Assembly: GCA_024704765.1 (NCBI GenBank)
Contig: JAKMXF010000155.1
Location: 706,098-770,097 of the forward strand
Direction of reading: 5' to 3'
From: Oopsacas minuta
Taxonomy: Eukaryota; Animalia; Porifera
Length of the DNA stretch: 64,000 bases
Below are positions 55,140-64,000 of the stretch, piece by piece (position 1 is the stretch's first letter; the number at the start of each line of letters is the position of its first letter). Under the pieces are notes generated by a model, which saw only the letters and a list, made by a program, of their open reading frames with translations, had not been told where the DNA came from and made no database searches. Position numbers and translations under genes: made by a program.

Positions 55140-55796
55140 TACCCAGGGGACGAAATTTCAAGAGATTCCACGAAGTCTGTTACGAACGTAAAGTCCGGCA
55201 GTATTCGGTTAAGGCGGCCTTGCTGTGATCGTCTTCAGTGGTATCCTATCCATCTTTAAATCTCTCTATCCACCTATGTGGTTTGTCGGAAGGGCAATCA
55301 TCCCCATACACAACGCTCATCTCTTCTAAGACCTCTACGCGAGTTATCCTCATGTGGCAAAACATTTCTATTTCAGAAAACTGTGGCCATTCTCTTGCCG
55401 GCTGAAGAAGCACACTTTACCTTTATAGGGACAGCTTCATACTTTCTTTTCTACTAATACTTTGAAATTATTTTCTGTTTCGTAGTAATCGAACCATGTT
55501 GCATCTATTGTCACTATACTATCCAATAAGTCATTCTCGCTAAGCCACGATTTGAGTAAATCACTGCTAGCTCTAACCCTAGCTTTCTTATGATTTGCGG
55601 GCAGATTTCAGAATTATTGTTGAGAACCTACTTTAGTAAATCGAATGCTGTACGATAACTACCTGTGTTATGAAAAATGTTCCTATATATAAGAAGCTAT
55701 ATAGTATAAGATTCGAATTGGAATATGATACCGTTATTTAACTGCACTAGGTAAATGATACATCAATTCGGTGAATAACCTTTTGGAGAGCCCTTG
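55140..55796 (-). mobile_element. Truncated mariner (5' TIR plus N-terminal HTH relic)
   Basis: Minus strand starts TA|CAAGGGCTCTCCAAAAGG, similar to the TIR at 50563. Relic reads EEMSVVYGDDCPS...RWIERFKDG..TEDD. Left boundary approximate. Confidence 0.55.
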
Positions 55797-57419
55797 TACT
55801 AAAGCAAGTAAGTTGGTTGAGACTGATGGTAAGTGTTTGTCAATATCACTTGTTACTTGTCTGGCAATTTGGGTACATCACGAAGACAGCACTAGTTGAT
55901 CGACATGACTTACATTTAATTGGATTGAGTCATAGGTTGACAAGTGATTCCATGTTAGTAATAACCTCTCCAGTATTGCTACCCATGGAAGGTGTCTCAA
56001 AGAATTGTTGCATTCTTGGAAGTTGAAGATAGTGAATTAGTAGTTGTCAGACACTTCTTCTGATCATAAATATTTGGCGATATCACCCTCTCATCCAACC
56101 ATATCGTAAGACAGTCAATGACGTATCCAGGGGGATAGGGGATATAACACCACCCCCCACACATGTATAAATTACATGATATGAAATCATATTTGAATTA
56201 GAAAAATTATGCCAATATCTACATTATTCGTTCGATTGGAAAACTTAAATTTTTGGCTCGCTTCGCTCGGATAGTATTCTATATATTATATTATTATACC
56301 TTAATGTATTTACATTGTATTAATCTTCGGACGAATGTAACGGTTGGTCTTTCCAAGTGTTAAGAGTAATGCAACACAAAATATTCTTGAAGTTTCTCAG
56401 ATTCACTATTGGCTCCAATCTCAATATGTTGTAGTGGCATTTAGCTTTAATATGTAAAATGTTAATTAAGGAGAAGAAATATTTGGGATGTCTACTTCCC
56501 CTGCACACTCGATAAATCCGTCCCTGATCTTGAGCCTAGTATTTTGCTGCCTAGGCGGCATTTAATTCAGGCGAGTTAGGTGTAGTTTCACTGTCTATCA
56601 ATAACTTTGTCCCTCGTATTTTAAGCTATTTTTGCGGGATAGTGAAACAAAAAGCTGTAGTTTTTAATAAGGCAGCATGGAGAAATAGTGAGGTTGGCAT
56701 ACATCCCAACTGACCAACTTAATGTTGGTTTGGCCACCATTTTGGCACAAATAGCAGATCGGCCATTATTACGAGCATTTACCAAATCTAGAATCATTGT
56801 GCTAAACCTGAATTTTTGTAGCTTTGATACCTTAATGAATATGTCTTAAATTTTTAAGATAGGTATGAAGTGCGCATGTTCACTATCGAGCACAGTGAGT
56901 GTATTATACACACATCGTCACATATTTACAACATCATTTCACGTGTCACCAGTTTCTAAGATTCTACCTCGTATTCTCCCATCTAATAATTATCTAGTGA
57001 TATTTTACACAAAATGGCTGGCATATTTAATTAAGTTCTTTATAACTGAAAAGGTTTAATGTTTTACCCAAGTAGGTCTGCCCAATACCTAGTATATGCC
57101 TGACTCCCCATACCCTACTACATTTTGATATCATATCTCTCTCCATAGTTCAGTTAGTAGCCTCTCGCGGGTATATTTTCGTAGTAAATGCAATCCTGAG
57201 CAAATTGTCCAACGATTGCTAAGGGTCAACTAGAAGTTCTTCAAACGAATATCCCTGAGAAGATTTCCGAATTGAGTATAGTGTTTGGACTCAACCCCAA
57301 TGTTTCTCTAAGAAACATGCAGCGGCATATCCTCACTCCAATAATAGAGGAACTGCAACACGGATGGAAGTGATAGTTTTGATGGTGAGAACTAAGAACG
57401 GTGTCCAATTGAACATATA

Positions 57420-57653
57420 CAGGGTGTACCATAATTATTGCCCTATGGTATAAATGACTATAACATTCAAAGATGATTAATTAAATATGCTACTTTGACT
57501 AGTGCATAAGGGAACTCGTTGTATCAAGTTAATCCACTAAATAAGGTTGGTCAATAAATTTATGAAAGAAATCTAACCAATTTGTACGACATTTTAGAAA
57601 TATTGATGAAATGAAACTAAATGCTGATAGGGCAATAATTATGGGTTACCCTA
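57420..57653. mobile_element. Tc1-type MITE, 234 bp
   Basis: TA|CAGGGTGTACCATAATTATTGCCCTAT ... ATAGGGCAATAATTATGGGTTACCCTA|TA. The TIR start resembles the two DD37E-type elements. Confidence 0.85.
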
Positions 57654-58257
57654 TATTCCTACATTGATTACACCTCCATTCACATCCATCACAAAATGTG
57701 TAAATTTGGGTCGATACATCTTTGTTCCACATGTGCATAACACTCTACGTCATGACAATCTAAACGCATCCAGGTGATAAGATCATCGCAATATACTGCC
57801 AGTATAATTATAACATATAAAATTATATCTGGGATGGTTTGGAAAATAATAGGGGAAATGTTAGCTTATAATCCATTTAGCTCTGAACTTACTTATTAGT
57901 AAGTACTTTTATACAAGCTTATTTTAATGATAGACTCACTAATTTGTCTAGTTTTATTTATGCATTTTAGGAATTTATTGATTGCTCAGGGTCGTTGTGT
58001 GGTTATTCTTGTGATTTATATTGGAATGCATAATTATGTGGTTAATATACAACCAGCAGTTTATCATGCCTGCAAAGAGTAACATTGGTTTTTTAGGCAT
58101 GGTGGGAGTGTTAGCTTTTGGGTATTTCTCCCACGCTCACGCCTAGCCATCACATCTCTCCAATTTCAGTGAGTTCACGAAAACCAGTAGTTTATATATA
58201 TAATTGCAACATTTATTCACAACCGAGTCCCTCTTCGAGTTATCGCCCGTGCTATTA

Positions 58258-59580
58258 CAGGGTGTCTCAAAAGTTTTTCACCTTATCCATCAAGCCAGTA
58301 AATTGTATTTAATGTATAGAATCATTAGACTATTTGCCAATGTATTTACCGTTAAGTTCGATACAAGAATTAATGCGGTTTGGCATTGCATCGATTTAAT
58401 TCTGGAGAATCGATGGGCTAATACCGCTCCAGATATTTTCCAAGATCTTCGCGAGTTGTTTTAGATTAGTAACAGGCTTCCTTTTGTCCAGCCCTTCCTG
58501 CATAATGGTCCACAGATTCAAATCTGGCGAGTCACTAGGCCAGATAACTTTCGCCCAGAATCCTGGTAATCGATCAGAAAGCCACTTCTGTATCTTTATA
58601 GCAGTGTGAGCAGGGGCTCCATCATGTATAAAATAAGTGTCGGACATCTTCGATACAATTTCCTCTGAGCCAGGGGCCCCTCATCTTTTTACGTTTATAG
58701 GTAGGGAGACAGCACTTTTCCAGGGTTTCATTGATATAATAGTCCGCATTTACAGATTGTCTTGGAGAGATTAGATGGAGTTCTGATAGTCCCTGATGAC
58801 TCATTATTCCCCAAACCATTAATCTTGGAGGATTTTTAACCGTTTCAACTGGAGTGATATCAGGCGAACTGACGTCCCAAATCCGATCATTCTGTGAATT
58901 TGTAGGTTGAAAAAGCTCAAAGGGGCTTTCATCACTGAAGAAAATTCCCACCCAATCAAGTGAAGTCCAAGATTTATTCTCAAGACAGAACTTGATCCTT
59001 TTAGACTTTGTACTTCCGTCAATATAGGGTTGATGGCCGTTTATACGCTTTTGCCCCAATAGAATTATGTTAATGACGGTGAACAGTATCTTTACTAATA
59101 GCAACATATTTACTTGAAATATATTTCGCCATTTCTGAGTTGATTGCCATCGTTTGCCTATCGATTTCGAATTATTATTTTCGGGACCCGACAACTTTCG
59201 GCGGACGTCCAGAACGAGGCTTGTCATTGAACATTTCTTCAGCTTTTTGCTTTTTGTTCCAATTCTTTATGGTTCGAATTGTGACTCCAAGTATGTCAGC
59301 AACTGTTCTTTGAGTGGAACCAGCTAGTAGCATACCTATCGCTCTCTTGCGGATGGCTAATCTTGTCATTTTGACATCCATAATATTGAAATTTGATAAT
59401 TATACAAAGTTTCGCAAAATGAATCACAAAATTAAATATTTGATACTACTCATGATTGAGAACATTAGCCAACTATAAATTGACAATGCTAAAATAAATG
59501 GGTAGATAGTAAATGAAGTAGGCTGATTTCTGTTCAAATATATTAAATACTAATGGTGAAAAAACTTTTGAGACACCCTG
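58258..59580 (-). mobile_element. Tc1-like element (DD37E-type), full length, decayed transposase 59381->58330
   Basis: TA|CAGGGTGTCTCAAAAGTTTTT(T)CACC TIRs with TA TSD. HTH ORF 59175-59381, FFSDESPF, and HDGAPAH...FWAKVIWPSDSPDLN-LW with the PIEN motif absent. Confidence 0.95.
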
Positions 59581-60617
59581 TATTCAGATTAATGCTGGAT
59601 ACCTTACTAGCATAATTACCAACTGTTTACTTCAATGAAGTAAGCAGTGTGTTCAAGAACTACAAATATGATCATAGTTCATGCTCTTATGACGTGTATA
59701 TATGCATTTCTGTATATTTTGTAATCGGATATCATGTAAGCTGGCGGAGCACATCCGTTCTAAAAGTGGTACAGCGAGATATTGAGTATTCTTATGTGGT
59801 ACGGAGACACCATACACTCCAAGTGACAGCATTTATAGCAATATCTTGTATTACTGAAATTTTATAATATCGAAGTATTCTCGTATTATCCACTCAATGT
59901 TACCCTAATGTTTTCTTAGAAATTAATATCATTACTTGTCATTCCTTGTCAATATTTCGAAGTTTATAGCCACAGTACGCTCATTAAATAGATAATTAGC
60001 TAATTACACATTCAATTCGATATTGTACAAAGCTCAAATGAGATGGAACAATTCTGATGTCATATTTGAATTCTACGGGTATGTATTACCACTCTATGGG
60101 TATGTGAATTTTTTAGAGCGTACTTATTGATTTAGTATCATTTTCAGTTTTGTGTAACATGTGGCAGAAATGGCACATCACTAGAATATCTGCACCATAA
60201 TCGATATTGTATGAAAATCATATGAGATTCTCTAAACTGAATTACAAATGTTTGTATAGTTGTAAATAAGTCGATTAGTGCAAAATTTTCATTCACATAG
60301 AAAGTAGCGCACGCGTATTTGATATGTGCTACTTGTGCAATTCAATCTCATTTGAATTTTGTTGAATGTGAAATTGAGGATTGAATTACCTTATTATCTA
60401 TTTAATGAGCAAGGTCTGGCTACAAAATATCTAATTATACAAGTTTTGGGGACTTTGGGAATGTTAAGTAATACCATCGTTTGGTTTTTTCAAGGATATT
60501 GTCGTATCCATATTCAAACATTCGCTGTATAATCAGGATATATATTTGTATATTTGGACAGTGTATGTATGTATAAAATAATGAAATAATTAACGAATTG
60601 TATATTGTCGAAGAGAT

Positions 60618-60707
60618 AATGGTGGAATAGCAGAACTTGCAAATCCAAATAATGGTACGGCTCTCGCCGCACCAGTAGTGTCGGGTATGCTGCCCCTGGT
60701 AAGATAA
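60618..60707 (+). pseudogene. Possible subtilase (S8) active-site exon relic
   Basis: NGTALAAPVVSGMLPL resembles the S8 GTS(M/L)AAP.VSG motif, with Ser->Ala (GCT, one base from TCT). Followed by GTAAG. No Asp or His motifs found. Confidence 0.3.
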
Positions 60708-63700
60708 CAATCAAATGGAACTAGTTCACATTCCATTTACCTTCCAGGATATGGTTAAATTTTGGAAGATATATACTACAATTATGTAAATAATCAACGA
60801 CATAAACCTTAACTCCAGACAATTCAAATGCTATCCACCCCAAACATTTGTGTGGATACTTGGAAATATCAAAGTTAGAGATATAATTGAACGTTGACTA
60901 CTTAATCAGACAACACTAAAATATTAACGGTGTAAAGTTACATCAAATATTTGAGATTTCATGAATAGATTTCCCCAATTTATTAATGAGTACCCTATTT
61001 ATGAATTGTCATTGATTATAATTGATTATGAATTCTGAAGTCTTATCTATAATATTAATCGTCCTATGGTTTTTCTAAGATGGGCATATTTACCCCCATA
61101 ATTTACAAATTTTCACACACTTCGACAAAATTTTGCATTTTGGGATTGATGAAATATATTTCTAACTATATGTGGTACATTTATTCAGAGAAATAGGTTG
61201 GAACTTTGAAAAGTAGTACTCATAATTTAACCTAATTAACCCAAGATTCAAAAGCATGAGTTCGAGCGCCTACAGTCCTTATTTAATGAGTTATATGTAT
61301 ACCAGATATGATGTCGCATTGCTTCATTTTGTTTGGCGATAGTTGTATTAATATGCTCATGTTTCCTGGAAATCGAACTTAAGATAACTTTATTGCTAGG
61401 CACAATTTTCCAGAAAGTTGTCACTTAATTAACAATTTTTGCATTGTGTACGACTATGGTTGAGATATTGCAGTGGCTTCTTATCTAACTGTCGGATAAT
61501 TCGTTCAATAAACGTAACAATCATGTGTTAGTAAATTTCGAACAGAAATACAATATATGAGGGGTAAATTTATTGATGTCAAATCCAGATTACTGGGGGA
61601 TTGGCATATCTTTGATAATGGGATTATTGTAGGTTTATCCATGAGTATCCTGGAATATTCTTAAACCTAATATTCACAATATTGAGCTGGAAGATTCATG
61701 TCTATGTGGTATTTTTTGATTTTCTAGCATAGTATGTACTGAAACATATATTTTCTATAGCATTTGACACGAAATTATCCGATTCAGCCAAATAATTATC
61801 CCAAAAGTAAGAATCCCTTCTTGGAGAAATGCTCCCAATATTGTGGCATTGCTGATCAGGTGTTGGGCCAACCAACATAGGTTGGTGATTTGTGGTGTAT
61901 GCAAACCTCCCTCTTTTTTCCTGTTGCTTCATTATAACTCAAGCTTTTTGGTTCAATCTCCAGCCAAAAAATTGGTTTGAATATGAGGTACAAAGTTATT
62001 GACTGATTGTGAAACTCCGGAAATCCATTTAATTTCTTGCCACCTGATCAACTTAATGAATCTACTCAACTCTACTATCTACTCTATTTTAAACTAGATG
62101 GAACAGTTTGATTTTCATGATAGATCGGTTTTTATCATGTAAAGAGCCTCTATCTAATGCAATGATTGTTATTGGCATTGGTTTTGATTTATGTCAAAGT
62201 GATTGACTTGTTCACGAAAATTAGCATCTACTTAAACTAATTGAAATGGTGATACTAGCTTTGTGTAAACGTGAGTCTACTCTACTTTAAGCGGAAAGAA
62301 TTTTCGAATTTATGTTCAAACAGCTTCGTAATGATGGATCTCAGGCAATTGAATTTAAGGAGAACCCTGAGAATGATTTCATGGCTGGCGGAAGAGTGAT
62401 GTTGTAAATGTAATTAAATATCTACTATATCCGGATTATATGGCAATTTAATATTCATTTAATCCGGTTGTATGCTTGGCGAACCTTTATTCATCAAAGA
62501 ATGTGTAGAAAGCAATCACAAACTTCTTTGTCAGTATATCCATATGTTGGAAATATTGACTGTATGGATTATCAGAAACTCTGCAAATAACTTGAAGTGA
62601 TTGTAGCAATACCCTCAGATTCGATACAGGTACAGAGATTTAGAACAGTAGAAACATACCTCTCAAACTACCAAGCAAATGCAAGATTATGGATTCGTTT
62701 CGATTCTTTTACCGAATGAGACTATTTGTTGCTACTCGAACTGTACATCAACACTTTCCTCAATTAATGTGACAAGTGTTGAGTTCTAATGAAATTCTGT
62801 TGACAATCTTTTGGCATTAGAGGCGTTTTTCAAATCTGATAGCAATTAATATTAATTACCAGTTTACTACTATATACTACAAAGTACATTTCTATGTAGT
62901 TGTACTTCATTTATTTACATTTAGTACAAGTGCATGTCAACTTTCATTAACATAGATATTTACCAATTGTACCCGGTTATTAAACTCAAGGTATTCATTC
63001 AATGACCTTAGTAGTAGTCTATGGTTAATCACAGTATAGAAAGCTGAGCGTGTGGGTATAATATGCACATTTAAGCCACAAATAGCAAATATAGTATAAT
63101 TTGGCTTTAATCGTGTTTACAAAATGTCACTATATGCCCTTTGGCTTTAATTACAGGGCCACGTAAATTCTTTGTGATTATGTGTTTCAGAGTTCTATCT
63201 TCATTATCCAAATAAGCCCTAGCGTTAATTCGAATACACCTTTCGTGCCCATGTTATGGTTGTACCCGGACCATTTAAATATATAATTATATAGTAATTA
63301 ATAATAATTATACTTTAAAATGAGAATACAACACAGTCACCTGATAAAATCTGGATAAGTTATGGACAGCTCAACTTCTAACTTGTAAATCAGTTTTATA
63401 GCAATTGAAATTAACATGAAATAATTTTGATAATGAAATCTATTCTTAGGTTTACCAATATGTGTCTTTTGAAGAATGCATTTATTGAAGAAAGGGGGCA
63501 TTAGATAAGTATTTGTATCTAGAAAATTAAGTCTCCTTAAGTTTTGTACTAAATTTATCTAATTATTCTTATAATTCTTTATATAATAACGATCAACAAT
63601 TTGGGTATAATTGTGTATTTTGACTGGTTAATCTAATGGAAGTAGATTTATAAAATATCTCTAGAAATCATAATTCAATTTCAAGGAATACACTTGTTCA

Positions 63701-64000
63701 ATATTGCAAATCTTTTGTAGATTCTAAACCCATAATGGATTTTCTTTCTCATTTGAACCCGAAAAATCTTGAAAATGAATGATTTTTAATATCCTTCTAA
63801 TTTAGATAAGAAATTCAAATCGCTTGGTCAAAGAGGATAATTTCTTTAGTAGTCATAGGATTTTCTCTTAGAATTTCTTTAGCACATAGGCTTATTATTA
63901 TTTGTCCTAAGTGTAGCAGCTAGTGCCGTCCTAAGTAGGTATGATATTCCCTATTCCAAATACATCATCTATTAAATTATATTTCTATTTTAGGCTGAAA

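Noticed and set aside
56116-56526. hAT-like MITE with a GCTCGCTTCGCTCG motif
   Set aside because: The ends look terminal-like but no matching TIR pair or TSD could be shown.

Overview
AT-rich eukaryotic genomic DNA, probably from an invertebrate animal (inferred from the transposon families and a GT-AG donor site). It is a dense, nested graveyard of DNA transposons. I found no intact host gene, RNA gene, CRISPR array or reverse transcriptase. From termini, target-site duplications (TSDs) and hand-translated motifs I could delimit or recognise: a THAP/P-type transposase fossil, two Tc1-like DD37E elements, three DD34D mariners plus a fragment, four hAT elements or fragments, four diverged Chapaev3-like (CMC) elements, a 5.85-kb Mutator/Foldback (NOF-like) element with ~820-bp TIRs, a KDZ (Zisupton/HMGXB3-type) transposase fossil, several Helitron-like non-autonomous elements, MITEs and a ~370-bp (AAT)n tract. 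The standout is a near-perfect palindrome at 40246-42168: two 925-bp arms, a 73-bp spacer and one mismatch by eye. It is an inverted duplication of an internally deleted FLYWCH-MULE transposase gene, the same architecture as the maize Mu killer hairpin silencer. It could also be an amplification or assembly artefact and needs read-level checking. Everything was read by eye, and boundaries described as approximate may be off by tens of bases.
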